Of a DNA stretch of 64,000 bases, positions 38,871 to 51,648 are shown piece after piece. The stretch's first letter is position 1; each line of letters opens with the position of its first letter. The translations under genes were made by a program, and so were the position numbers. The notes under the pieces are model-generated. The model was not told where the DNA came from. It saw only the letters and a list, made by a program, of their open reading frames with translations, and made no database searches. This stretch comes from Lama guanicoe (Eukaryota): assembly GCA_013239625.1 (NCBI GenBank), contig MU054212.1, positions 8,827,084 to 8,891,083 on the forward strand, in the 5' to 3' direction.

Positions 38871-40492
38871 AAAACATATGTCATGACTAAATAGGGTTTA
38901 TCCCAGAAGATAAGGAATGAGAGAGAGAAAGAAAGCAAATACCCAAATATCTCACACTTCAGATTAGCAGCACGTTGTGAGGTGGTGTGGGGTCCCCCAC
39001 ATGTGTCAGATGTTCTGCTCACTTGTAGGGACATCCAGCACTGTGGGTGGGGTAAGAGCACCCTTTGGCAATGTATGGCAGGACAAATTTTTGGCCCTAA
39101 ATAATTAACATTAACACAAGGCATTGTAATTGTTTCAGGTATGTGATGTGTCGCTCCCAGAGTTTTCAGGTATCTTGAGTCCAGAGATCGGAATCTTTTA
39201 TTTCTCTGTATCTCTGAACTGAGCACAGGGCTTAGAACATATGAAATGAACTCAGTCCCCGTGAATTTTGTTGGGGGCCCCTTGAGTTCAATCCATATAG
39301 GGGCCCCAGGTTTTGTTGCCTTAACAAGAGGCCTGGGATGACCTTTATAAGCCATCTGAGGGCCATATTTATGATTTTGTGTGATTTATGCCAGAGGCTG
39401 GCTGCCCGGGGGTGCCTTTCCATCAGACACTTGTCCACGTGCGGTGCTCCCCCCACCCTGCTGTGATTACTTCCTCATACCTGATGCCCCAGGACTCGCC
39501 TTACTGCTCCCCCTTGCGGGTGCACACCTGGTGCAGTCCCATTCTTCCACACACAGCCTTTTGACACGGCAGCATCTATAATCACTCAGCACGGCACATC
39601 CCTTCTCCAAACGTCTGGAGCATTCTGGATTCACACCTCTTCTGGCCTTCCCCACACAGGGGCAGGAGTGTGGAACTAGCCGTGCTTGTGTAAGACGTGG
39701 ACAAGCAGGGGACAGAGTTGATGAAGTACCTGTCGCACCAGTTGTGGCTTCTTTGCCTTTGCAGCTTGTCGTGACTGGGTGGGTCTGGGTAGCAATCATG
39801 GCCTGAAGCTCGTGAGTGGGAAGGGCTGCACCGGCCTGCTGAGCTCTGCTGTGCTGTGTGTGGTGCAGCAGGACCAGGGGGAGCAGGGACGCGGGTGTGC
39901 ACGATGTGTGCTTGCTGAGGGACAGGTTGGGTCACGCTGGTGACGGTGAGAGGGCTGGAGGACACGGGGGGGCCACACAGGAGGAGGCCTCCACAGATTC
40001 TACTCAGTTGTCGTGGCTTCATGCCTTTCCTCTATTTTTAATGACTCATGAAGGGTGAGAAGGAGTGCAGGGGGCAGAAGGCTTCAGCAGTGCTGGCCTT
40101 TATCAACGGTCTTCCCCTCTTCGGTGGCCTTGGATAGGTTGCCTTCAGCTTCTGCCACATATCTCATTCTGTTTTATTTAAAGAATGAATACCACTCTGG
40201 CTGAGTACTGGGTACATGAGTGTTTATTATTCTTTAGACCATTATGTACATACATTATACAATACTTTGCATGTTGTTATTGCAAAATAACAATTTTTTA
40301 GAAAAGGATAGCTTCCCAACCCCGCTGAGATAGTAACAGGTTTTTGCTGTTGTTGTTGTTTTGGGTTGGTTTTTTTTAGCGATAATAATGATTGGTGCAG
40401 GAGTCCAATTTGATGTTGGTGCCTAGGGGCTACTGAGAACTAACACTCTGCTGACCTCTTTACAGAGCTTGCCTTCATGTTTGCCTGTTTCT

Positions 40493-40942
40493 TTTTTTTT
40501 TTTTTTGTATGGATATATGTTTTAATTTCTTTTTTTTAACATTTTTTATTGATTTATAATCATTTTACAATGTTGTGTCAAATTCCAGTGTTCAGCACAA
40601 TTTTTCAGTCATTCATGGACATATACACACTCATTGTCACATTTTTTTCTCTGAGTTATCATAACATTTTGTGTATATTTCCCTGTGTTATACAGTGTAA
40701 TCTTGTTTATCTATTCTACAATTTTGAAATCCCAGTCTATCCCTTCCCACCCTCCACCCCCCTGGTAACCACAAGTCTGTATTCTCTGTCTGTGAGTCTA
40801 TTTCTGTCCTGTATTTATGCTTTGTTTTTGTTTGTTTGTTTTTGTTTTTGTTTTTTAGATTCCACATATGAGCGATCTCATATGGTATTTTTCTTTCTCT
40901 TTCTGGCTTACTTCACTTAGAATGACATTCTCCAGGAGCATC
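40493..40942 (-). mobile_element. Young 5'-truncated L1 3' end with poly(A) and TSD
   Basis: TSD catg(t/c)ttgcctgtttct (40476-40492, 40943-40959); empty site TTCT/AA fits the L1 endonuclease consensus; intact poly-T. Confidence 0.9.
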
Positions 40943-41773
40943 CATGCTTGCCTGTTTCTAAAGGCTTAAGGTAGCGTAGGCTGCAATGAGGTCAGGCTGT
41001 GGAGCCATCAGAGGTAGAGAAATCTTTCAAAGGAATTTAGCCTCCCAGGGATTATGGTTGTGACCGCCCCACTGCAGGGTCCTCCACAAGAAGGCTACTC
41101 AGCGCACATGCTGTTGGTGGTACCAATAATGGGGAAGAGAGGAATTTATTGAATGAAAACATCATTCATTTTATTGTATCCTCTTTTGGACAAAGTCTAT
41201 GGACAGGAGGGTGGTCAGCTCAGAAGACAGCAAAGAGAAATCCAAAGAATGGGGACTTGGGCAGCCAGCCTGTTGGGCAAGGGACATTTGTAATTTGTCT
41301 GTTTCCTGAGGCAGCCATGTCCTTATGATGGAGACGGATGTATGAGATTAGCTTACTCTGATGTCATTAAATATTTGAGTCTTAACATTATTTCCCCATG
41401 TTCTGTCTCTTGTTTACCCTACCACCTTCTCTACCTATGAGAGAAAATTTACTCATCTGATGGATATTCTAGTCTGCTAGACATTTGTACTTCTGATTAT
41501 GAAGAAATAAATTGTCAAAATAGTCAAATAATTGAAAAAAAAACCCCACATGCATACATGTATGTATTTATGTTTCTGTGAGTTTGGAAAAAAAAACATT
41601 ATGATAAAGAGAATCTCTGTGTTATCAAGAGAGTTCCCAGACCTGGACCTTATTTGGTTTAACCAATTTCCAGGGTCATTAAAATTCTTGTATATGTCAA
41701 GATAATGGACTTTTTTGGACATACTCCTTCTCTTTGCTCAATGGTAATTTTGTCTCTAACCTTCGTTCATCAG

Positions 41774-41852
41774 GGATGGAGCCTATAGAGGTGCCTCTTG
41801 AGGAAAACAGCGAACGGGCTCAGATTTGCCAAAGCAAGGTCTGTGCGGACAG
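41774..41852 (+). CDS. MOCOS: MOCOS exon 10, GMEPIEVPLEENSERAQICQSKVCADR
   Basis: CAG acceptor; AG|GTGAGG donor; frame continuity. Confidence 0.95.
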
Positions 41853-42566
41853 GTGAGGCTGTGGCGGGTGAAATCCTCGGGTCCGCCTGCAGGGTGGCTC
41901 AGAGCCGGGAGGGAGCAACGCCCTGTGCAGCTGACCAGTCCTCCGCTGCTCCCTCCGTCCAGCCTGCTGCCGCTTCCCCCCTCGCACACCCACCACGGGG
42001 CTCCTTGCCATTCTTCAGACCTCCCAAGCTCCCACCTCAGGACTTTGCCCTTGCTGGTCCCTCTCCCTGGAATGCTCTTCCCCTGTCTTACCCCAGCAGG
42101 GCTCATCCGGCACCTCCATCAGGTCTCTGCTGAAAAGCCTCCTTCTCAGAGCCGCCGCCTAACTTCCTGCAGAAACCAGCCCCTCCCTCTCTGCTTGCTT
42201 TGCTGTATTCGTCTCATTAATGTTTCCCCCAGCGTTTATCTTCAGTCTCTCCTACTAGAATGCTGACCTCGAGAGACCAGGATTCTGTCTGTGTTGCTCC
42301 CTGCAGAGCCTGGAACAGTGTGGTGTGGAGCGGGGTGGGGTGAGGCAGGGGACAGCTTGCACAAGCCCCAGATCGCAGGCCTTCCCGTGTCATGGAAATC
42401 TCTCTGCAGCTTCCTGAGCACACCTGTCATGTTAGGTTTCCATCTTGCTCGGGGCTTGATGTTTTACATTATATTTATTATATTGTAGTATCTAACTTTT
42501 TGCTATTTTGATTATTTAAAGAAATACTATGTAACATTCACCCTCCTTCCTTTTTTTTTCAACCAG

Positions 42567-42691
42567 GGTGAATACTTACGATTGTGGGGAAAAAATTTCA
42601 AGCTGGTTGTCAAAGTTTTTTGGCCGTCCATGTCACTTGATCAAGCAAAGTTCAGACTTTCAAAGAAGCGCAAGGAGGAAACATGGCAAAG
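42567..42691 (+). CDS. MOCOS: MOCOS exon 11, VNTYDCGEKISSWLSKFFGRPCHLIKQ...
   Basis: Strong polypyrimidine tract and CAG; G|GTACTG donor; DCG...WLS motif of MOSC proteins. Confidence 0.96.
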
Positions 42692-43199
42692 GTACTGCAT
42701 TTTGAATTGCTTCTTAGGGGACGGGAACGTGGGCTGACATCTTGCAGACATCAAAACCAGCCCACAAAATGGACTGACAAGGCAGCTTGCTCACGCACAG
42801 AAAGTGGGGGTGGTCTGCCTTTGGCAGAAAGGTGCCGCAGTGGCCCCCAGGCCAGCAGGACCCACGTGGGGTCTCCAGGATGACCCCGTGGAGGCCGAAG
42901 CGGGCTTGCAGCCAGCGGCTTTGCCTCTGCTCAGGCTCTCTGCCTCTGACCTGCCTGTTTAGAAGCACAGTTTAGTTTTGTTACTTAAAAACACCGGTAG
43001 CTTGCTATGTCCTAAGAAAACCTGGGTTTCTAGTCTTGGCTCCAACACCACGGGGTTGTGAGTCTTTGACAAGTCCTTGGACCTCGTGGTGCTTAACTTC
43101 TGTAGACCTTGACTACTTAGATTTAAGAGTCTTGATGGTTTTTCCCTCCCTAAGCTGTTGTTAGGATGAAATGAGACAGCAGGGAAGGAAGCCCTGTGA

Positions 43200-43520
43200 G
43201 CTAACAGTGCCATATGGGAAGAAGAGTGTGTTTTCAGGTGTCTGCTCAAAGGTCGCCTTTTTGGGGGAGCCTTGCCTGAATGCCCTCCTTAGAACCAGAC
43301 CCCTCCCTGAGCCTCCCCAGCTCACTCCCTCTTTTATTTTTCCCTGGGGCACTTGTCACATCCTATAGACATGCATTTAACTCAGTTGTTCTGCTTATGT
43401 TCTGCTAGACCATAAACCCTGTGAGGGGTTTTTCTCTGCTTCATTCAGTGCTGCATCCCCAGTGCTTGGAACAGATCTGGCACATAGTAGTTGCTCAATA
43501 AATACTACATGACTAAGTGA
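43200..43520 (+). mobile_element. L2 3' fragment
   Basis: ...cccagtgcttggaacagatctggcacatagtagttgctcaataaata, a typical L2 3' end. Similar fragments at about 9790-9855, 20750-21015 and 42000-42320. Confidence 0.7.
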
Positions 43521-44284
43521 ACGACTGGATAGTTGCTACGCTACTGGCAGTTTGTGCAGGAATGACCTGGCTTAGTGATTAGCTCCCAGAGAGACTGGCT
43601 TGTAAATCTGTACCTGGAGTGAGCCATGGAGGGCTTCAGGGAAGAGGTGAGTTTGGAGTTGCATCTTAACAGGAAAGCAGGAGTTTTCCAGTTAGAGAGA
43701 CGTAAGAAGCTTTCTCAGGAGCAGCATGGCAGGGCTTGGCATTTCCTGGGCTCAGTGACGGGTTTAGGAGGGTCAGATGTGGGTGGGGGAGTTGGGGGGC
43801 AGAGCTGAGGAGAAGGGAGGTGCTACTGTGGAGTCAGTAAGCATTTTCTGGTGGTTGTGGGGGCTCATTCTATGCTGGGGAGTTTCATGACGCTGCTTGC
43901 ATTAGGAAGACACCCCTGGCGAGGTGTGGAGGCTGGATGGAGAGGGAGAGGAAGGATGCCAAGGGGCCAGGAGGCGGCGGCAGTGACTGTCCTGGTGGGA
44001 GGTGGGGGCCTGGGTAGGCAAAGTGGGAGCAGAGCGAATCTGTCGCCTGCTCGATGCAGGATCAGGGAGTGCCAGCTTGTGAATGTTTTACATGAGGATG
44101 CCATTTATGTTGGAGAGGTCTCTTATGGAACTGTTACCAGTCTTTGAATGTTTTTTGTTGGTACACCTTGGAATAAGTTTTTTGAAGCTACGCTACCTCT
44201 TACATTTCTACACCATCATCTATATTTTTAAAAAATAGTTATAATAGTTGCAAAGGATGTGATTTCCAGTATATTGTAAACATA

Positions 44285-44437
44285 CAGGCTTACCTTGGAG
44301 ATATTGTGGGTTCGGTTCCAGACCACCACAATAAAGCAAGTCACACGAATTTTTTGGCTTCCCAGGGCATATAAAAGTTATGTTTACACTTTTACTATTA
44401 AGCATGCTGTAGCGTTATGTCTAAAAATCAGTGTATA
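44285..44437 (+). mobile_element. Tigger1-like DNA transposon end
   Basis: ta|caggcttaccttggagatattgtgggttcggttccagaccaccacaataaagc matches the recalled Tigger1 terminus. Confidence 0.8.
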
Positions 44438-45906
44438 TGAGCAAATTATTTTTTAATGCACAGAAATATTTCTTTCCTTTTCTTTCTTTAATTCGTACTT
44501 CCATTCCACTTCCTTGATGGAATTTTATCTTTGTGTCATATATTTTATGCTTGAAAAATTTTTCCTTGACCACCCTATTATATTTACCGGAAACTAAAAT
44601 GATACGTAAGCTGAAATGTGTAACATTTTTTAAAGTTTGCTGGGATCGTTGAGTCTCGGTGTTAGGAAGTTTCTTCTATGTTGTGGTCTTATAATTTTGA
44701 ACAATATACAATGGATCAAAGCAAGAAAATTTATAAATTCTGAAAAATAGTTATTAAACATAAAGAGAAAAGTTGTTGAAAATGAATCTTTTAGTAAGAT
44801 GGTTAGCCTCCCGCTTTTAATTCCCGTGTCCATAAATGACTGTCACCTAAGTCAGAATAGCTAGTGTTCAGCAGTGGCTTTCTTCTGAAAAATTTTTAGT
44901 CAGTTAAAGAGCCGGGGCTGAAGGGGTTTGGTTAACACACTGCCACTCAAACCTTTCTTCTGAGGCACAGAGATCTAACATTAACATGACTTTAATCATC
45001 TGTCACTTGACAACTTAATTAGTTCCGGCATTTTTGTGGACAGCAGAGAATTGTAACCCACCTGACCTACAGGAGAATGATTCATCCACGCTTTAGAGAC
45101 TTCCATTTTCTCAGCACAGGCCCCAGGGTTTTGAATGGGGCTTTTGTTTTCCACCCTGGAGATTTTCAGTCCCCGGGGGCACCGTGCCCTAGGAGAGGTG
45201 CGGCCTTTGCCCTGGGAAGGGTGAGCAGGGCCTTTGTGAGGGGCCTGGGATCGTACCTCCTTCTCCGACAGGGCCATGTTAGCAAAGAAGACATGGAAGT
45301 GGAGAATCCAGAAAGCGATTCTCTTGGAAGTCTCCCATCTCAGGTACTCCCATGTCCACAGACCTGCTCTGGAGCCAGCTCACTTGGTTGGGGTCCAGAC
45401 AACCCTTTTTATCAACGTCTTGTGGCGTACACAACAAATGGAAGACGGAACCTGGGTGACAGGCCGCCCTGGTTGTGGACGGCCTGGATATTTTTTTACT
45501 CTTTTTTTCCCTGCTCCTTTCAGTAGTTTAAAAACTTGTATTATTTATTTCCAAAGTCAACATTACACACTCGCCCAATGGCAACACCCAGCTTTTCTCT
45601 GACTAGATTCCCTGACCAGATTCAGCAGATCTGCCTGGGCCCGTGACCTTCTAAGTGTCGCTTCCAGCTTTCCTTTGCTGGAACAATTTAACTTCAGCAT
45701 TTTATTATTTCTTTCCAGGTTACTAACAGAATATTCTAGGAGCTCATTTTCTTTCTGTTTTTGAGAAGCTTGAGCCATGCTGAGAACAGTTTTATTATTA
45801 CCAGGGCACCATTTTTTTTCCCTTATAAAAATAGTCTCTACTTCTAAAAAATGCAAGACAATGGAAGCACAATTCATTTGCATTCCAAGGAAGCAACTCT
45901 TCTTTT

Positions 45907-46478
45907 CAAGTTTATTTTATTTTAATTTTTAAATTTAGGGATAATTGATATGCAACATTATATTAATTTCAGGCGTGCAACATAAAAATTTGATATTTGT
46001 ATATATCACAAAATTATCATCACAATCAATCTAGTTAATATCCGTCATCACACAGTTAGATATTTTTTTTCTTATGATGAGAACTTTCAAGATTTACTCT
46101 CTTAGCAACTTTCAAATTTGCAGTACAGTATTATTAACTATAGTCACCATACTATACATTACATCCCCCAAACTTATTTATTTTATAACTAGAAGTTTGT
46201 ACCTTTTGACCCCCGTCACCCATTTCGCTCTCCCCCACTCCCTGCATCAGGCAGACACCAACCTGTTCTCTGTATCTATGAGCTTGTTTTGTTTTGTTGT
46301 GTTTTACTTTGTTTGTTTGCTTTGGCTTTTTTTAGTTTCCACATGTAAGTGAGATCATACAATATTTGTCTTTCTCTGTCTGACTTTTCACTTAGCATAA
46401 TGCCCTCAAGATTTATCCATGTTACTGCAAATGGTCAGATTTCATTTTTATGGCTGAATAATATTCCATTGTGTGTGT

Positions 46479-46517
<39 letters not shown>

Positions 46518-46575
46518 ACCATGTTTTCCTTATCCATTCATCCACCAATGGGCACTTAGGTTGTTTCCTTATCTG
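45907..46575 (-). mobile_element. 5'-truncated L1 with 14-bp TSD and internal (TG)n, next to the exon 12 acceptor
   Basis: Perfect TSD gcaactcttctttt at 45893-45906 and 46576-46589. Confidence 0.9.
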
Positions 46576-46609
46576 GCAACTCTTCTTTTGACTGCTCCAT
46601 CACTTTTAG

Positions 46610-46715
46610 ATCAACCTGCTTGTACAACAGCCACCCTTTCTCTGGTGAATAAGGCCCAGTATCTGCTGATAAACAGATCCAGTGTTTTAGAACTTCAGCG
46701 GCAATTAAACACCAG
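46610..46715 (+). CDS. MOCOS: MOCOS exon 12, DQPACTTATLSLVNKAQYLLINRSSVLELQRQLNTS
   Basis: TAG acceptor; AG|GTAAGA donor; matches MOCOS SLVNxAQYLLIN. Confidence 0.95.
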
Positions 46716-48621
46716 GTAAGATCCTTTTACTATTTGCTGTTTACCTTGGGAAGAGCAGACAGGTGTAACCGCTTGCCCCTGGCAGTGAGCTGGTCACTTG
46801 TCTGGGGAGGAAAGCTCTGAGAATTGTGAGTCCAGACCCTTCATTGAGAAACTGAGGCCCAGAGATGTCCCCAAACTTTTTAGACCAGTTTCCCTTACTC
46901 TTTTAGAGGGTTCTCCTTTATCTTTCAGTGTCCTTCTTCATGTCCTTAAGATGCTTAATGGAGAATCCCAATCCTCATTTTTTAATCATTCCAATTCTTA
47001 ACATTTGCTTTAGTGGAACTGCCATCAATTTGACCCAGTTTCATTGCCCAGCCTCCTACTGTCCCCTGCCCCTAGGACCTTTGCTTTACTTCCACAGTCA
47101 CTGAGGGAAGAGTGGCTATGAAAGCTGTTAAAAGTTGTAATTGTAGATATTATTTGTCTGTATCATCAGACAGAGATAGCACCCTGCCTGCTCACTCCCA
47201 CCCGGTTCTTTCTCAAGGGCTCTGGAAGGGTCAGTTCTAAGAGTCTTGGTTGGTCTAAGTCTCCTCATTGTTCTTCAGAGGAAGTTGAAGTCCCAAGGTC
47301 ATCAGACAACTGGGGAGAAAGATCACCCAGCTCCTGAGTAAGAGTTGGGACCAGCTGATCACTCGTGGTCCACACCTGTCAGCACTGTGACTGTGACTGT
47401 CACATGCCATGTGGTCCTGGGCACCTGTGCGCACACACACAGACGCGTACAAATATAGTTCAATAAAAACAACAGAGATGGACCATTTGTAGTAATTCCT
47501 GTCTACAGTCATCGGCAAAAACATACAACAGTGTTCTCTTGCCAAGGTCCGGCTGCCCTCTCTGGGAACAGAAGTGTGATGCAGCTGCCTGGTCCTTGGG
47601 GGTTCACTGAGTTTTCCCGGCACTGAGTGACCCTGTCCCTGGGGAGATCAAGTCTGCCGTTTTCTGCAATTCTTGGTGTGGAAAGATAGGAGGTGGGGAC
47701 AGGCTTGCTGCAACCTGGTTCCTATCAGTTGGTTTAGCACAGGGTTGACAAGCAGTGGGTAGGAAGACCAGGTGGTCAAGGTAAGAGAAGCAGCCTTGGT
47801 GAGGGTCCCTGGGTCTATTTTCAGTTTGATGATGCGGTCGTGTACATCTGACCACGAAAGGTTTGGGACGTAAAACTCTCCCTTGTACAAAGCACAGAGG
47901 GAGGGTTTTAAACCTGGAGGGTAAATCGAGAATCAGAGGATCTCAGGACTGGAAAGTGCTAACCCTCTCATTGCCAGTGTGGACCCTGCAGCCATTATGG
48001 ATCGTGGGAGTTGCACATAATTAGTAGCAAAGCTAGACTTGGTTACCCTGGCCCCTGGCTTTTCATACTCTGTTCATGGTTTGGAAGGGGATTGGGATAC
48101 GGCTGTGGGACCTTTTACTCTCCCCCAGAGCCTTTGTCTGCAGGGCAAATTCCAGTCATGCTCAAGGATTCCCCCCAATTTAAAATTTTTTTACTTACAG
48201 TACAACAAAGTGCAAATATCATGAGTACAGAGTTCAGAGAATGTTCACAGATGTGCACACCCCTGTAACCCCCACCCGGTTGGAGCAGAGAGCATTTCCA
48301 GTCCCCACAGCCCTTCCTCATAGCCCCTCCTAGTCAGCCGCTCTGAGGGTCGCCACTGACACGGCCTCTCACCATTGACAGTTTCACCTTCCCGTGAACT
48401 AAATTTAATGGGGTCACACCGGGCGCTCTTCTGTTGAAGTCTTCAGATGCTTTTTCAGTGTTTTGCTTTTTTTTTTTTTAACCTCAGAGGAAGGAGTGCA
48501 CGGAGGTGCAGGGAGCCATTTCATGGTACCTCATGGTAGTAAACAAAAATGTTAACCAAGAATTACCAAAATAGCACATGCTTAGTTAAAGCTGCAAACA
48601 AGATGGAAGTTAGAGAATACA

Positions 48622-48965
48622 ATTTTTTTTATTAAGGTATAATTGACATGCAATGTTGTATTCTTTTCAGGTGTTCAGTGTGATTCCATATTTGTATATA
48701 CTGAGAAGTGATCACAGAAATTCGGCTAACATCTGGCACCATGCATAACTACAGCCTTTTTTTCTTGTGATGAGAAATTTAAGATTTATTTTCTTATTAT
48801 TTATTATTTATTTTCTTTTAAATATGCAATACAGTATAGTCACCGTGCTGTACATTACATCCCCATGACTTGTTTATTTTATAACTAGAAGTATGTACCT
48901 TTTGACCCCCTTTTCACCCATTTTGCCCACCCCCCACCACTGGCAACCACGGATCTGTTCTCTGT
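48622..48965 (-). mobile_element. L1 3' UTR fragment
   Basis: Same family as 27630-28709 and 45907-46575. Confidence 0.8.
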
Positions 48966-49456
48966 AGTAAACAAATTCTCAAACCTCCCATGTATACTCT
49001 GGGTTGCTTTGTGATGTTCTAATATCCAAAAGAATGTGAGCTTTTGGTGTTTTTTAGGTCCTTGCTAATGAAGCCTGTTTGACACTCTTTAAGCACCTTG
49101 TCCTGATTCACCCTGTAAAGTTGGTATTTTCTCATGAGTTTATTCACGCAACCCCTGTTGAAGGGTTTCCAGACTCCTTCATCTCCTCAGCAAAGATCTG
49201 CTCCCCCTTTGCACTGCCTCTTGTGGGCCCCTCCGTGGAGGTGGGACCATATGAGGGGAGACCATGGAGGTCTGTCTAGCAGATGTGTATCTCTTGGCCT
49301 TGCACTCGTGGTGAAAGCTTGTTCTGATCATCTAGGCCTCGGGCCAGAGTACAGTTGATGAATTCAGGCATTCTGAGGGGTGGAAATGTCGAATTATTAT
49401 AATAGTGTGGTTGTCCACCCCTCGCCCCTTTTCTCTCTTTGGTATATCTTTAGCAG

Positions 49457-49595
49457 TGATGAGAATGGAAAGGAAGAGTTATTCCCAATGAAAGATCTCA
49501 TCTCTCGTTTTCGTGCCAATATTATTACCAATGGGACAAGGGCTTTCGAAGAAGAGAATTGGGATGAGGTTTCAATTGGTTCCTTGCATTTCCAG
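49457..49595 (+). CDS. MOCOS: MOCOS exon 13, DENGKEELFPMKDLISRFRANIITNG...LHFQ
   Basis: MOSC RFRAN motif; tandem TAGCAG acceptor (alternative start 49454); CAG|GTAAGT donor. Confidence 0.95.
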
Positions 49596-51504
49596 GTAAG
49601 TTCCAGGAAGTTCTATTATCCTTCCTCAAGGGTTACCCGTGGAGACTGACCTCAATCCTAGGCTGGGATGGTTGCAGGTAGCAGGGAATCCCACCACTGC
49701 CCTTGACTCTCAGCAGGAGGGTATGTGACGTCTGCATTCTGGGTGCCCCTTAGAATGACCCATCCCTCATTCCTCCAAGGGGGGCAGCAGTTTCCCAGGA
49801 GGAAGAGAGAATGTGCCCCACACAGGTGATGGAGGGCTTGGTGCTGCCTCCACCTGGCTGCTGTGTCTCGGCTTAAACTCTGTGCCCGGAACATGTGTGC
49901 CTCTGAGACCTTCATCCTCCTGAAACCTGTTGGCCTTTCCCACTCCTGAAGGAAGACCCAAAATGCCTCACGGTCCTTTAGTGCCCTTGGCTATACCTCT
50001 TCCCCACACTCTTGCTTCTGGCCTCACTGGCAGCTGAAGGGCAGCTGGCCGTCAGAGGCAAAGCCACCAGGCTTTGGGCCCCCAAACCTGAAGTCTACAG
50101 CTGACATCTAGCTTCCTCACTAGGGCGGAAAAGGCCCCGAGACCTGACCCCCGTGGCCCCTCCTATCTCCCTAGGCTCATCACCCCTCTCCCTCTGCCTG
50201 TCACATGGACCTTCTCTCCATTCCCTACCCAAGCCACGCTTCCTGCCTCAGCACCTGTGCCCTGGCGTCCCATCTGCCTGGCACACTCTTCCTACGGCTC
50301 CTTCAGGGCCTCAGTTCAGAATTTACCTCCTTGGAAAGGATGCTCCTGACCGAGCACACGGTCATGCTCTGCATGGTGCCTACTTATTTCTTCAGAGCAA
50401 ACCAGGGCGAGGACCAAGTCTGCTCTGTTCCCTGCTGTTCCTCAAGAGCCTGGAACAGTCCTGACCCGGAGTCAGTGCTCCACAGCCGTGGACGAAACGA
50501 ATGGACAGGAAAGCTAAGGAATGGCTGGGGACAGAAGGATGGGTCATCTGCACAGAATGTGCCCAGCTCTCCAGTGGGTGATGAAATGATTGTAATAATA
50601 GCAGTTATTAGCCAGTTATACCAACCAGCGATAATGGGGCTACAGCACTCAAAAGGGACACCACTCACTCTAACATCCAGAAAAACAGTAAACAATAATT
50701 TCATCTTTAATGAAGGATTTCAGAGGTCTGGCATTGCGGGTAGGGATAAATTGTGTGGCACACACACAAAATGTCCCAAAGATCTTTTGTATCCACTGAA
50801 CTCTCCAAACTTCCTCTTATCCTGGAAGCTGTCCCGCCTTGCAAAACAATGTCTCTTCTCTCCCACAGACCTCTCTCTGGCAGCAGCCTTCCTCCTCCCT
50901 CCATCCTGACCTACTCTTCTCTTCTTCATCTTCTATTCCTGTGTCCATGCCCTGCTTTAAAAGCACTTGCTTACATCTCCTGCCTGGTACAGAGTAGGCA
51001 CTAAATACATGACAGATGGAGAGAGAGGAGGGGAGAAATAAAGGAAGAAAAAAAGGAAAAGGAGAGAAAAACTGCAAATAAACTAGCATCACTGTTGAAA
51101 AGTTACTTTGCAACAGGTAAGTTGTCCGGTACCTGGGGACATGGATACAAGCAAGACTCTTTTAAAAACCTTTCTGAGACGCTTTGCTTTCTTTGGATCA
51201 TAATTCTTAATAAACATCAATTAATGAAAGTTAAAATATGCATGTCTTCTGACCCAGTAATTCCACTGGTACAAAACTATCCCACTAACAAACACCCTTA
51301 CAAGTTATGCGAAGGCATATTACAAAATTACTTACTGCAATACTTTATAAATATGAAAATTTGGAAAACATGCTGAATGTCCATAAAAGGGAGGTTAGTT
51401 AAATAAATTATACTCCGATGTTGTCCTGTGCAGGCATTAAAAAATATAAGCTGTAGTTAACATTATGCCTTTCAAAAAGTAAATGCTTAAGAGATATTTG
51501 TTCA

Positions 51505-51648
51505 GGGGAGGGTAGAGCTCAGTGGTAGATTGTGTCCTTAGCATGTACAAGGTCCTGGGTTCAATCCCCAGTACCTCCATTAAAAAATAAACAAACAAAC
51601 AAACCAACCTAGCTACCCCTCCACCCTCCAAAAAAAGAGAAAAAAACA
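51505..51648 (+). mobile_element. Vic-1-like SINE
   Basis: GGGGAGGGTAGAGCTCAGTGGTAGA...GGTTCAATCCCCAGTACCTCCA, then (AAAC)n, acctagctacccctcc and an A tail. Confidence 0.9.

Noticed and set aside
50205..50909. 234-aa intronic ORF
   Set aside because: Partly overlaps L2-like sequence, has no domain signature and is not needed for the MOCOS frame.
51505..51579. tRNA-Ala(AGC)-like sequence (also at 9445-9521, 10197-10273, 13785-13857, 32720-32793 and 37860-37939)
   Set aside because: Multiple diverged copies with A-rich tails and, in some cases, TSDs. These are tRNA-derived SINEs, not tRNA genes.
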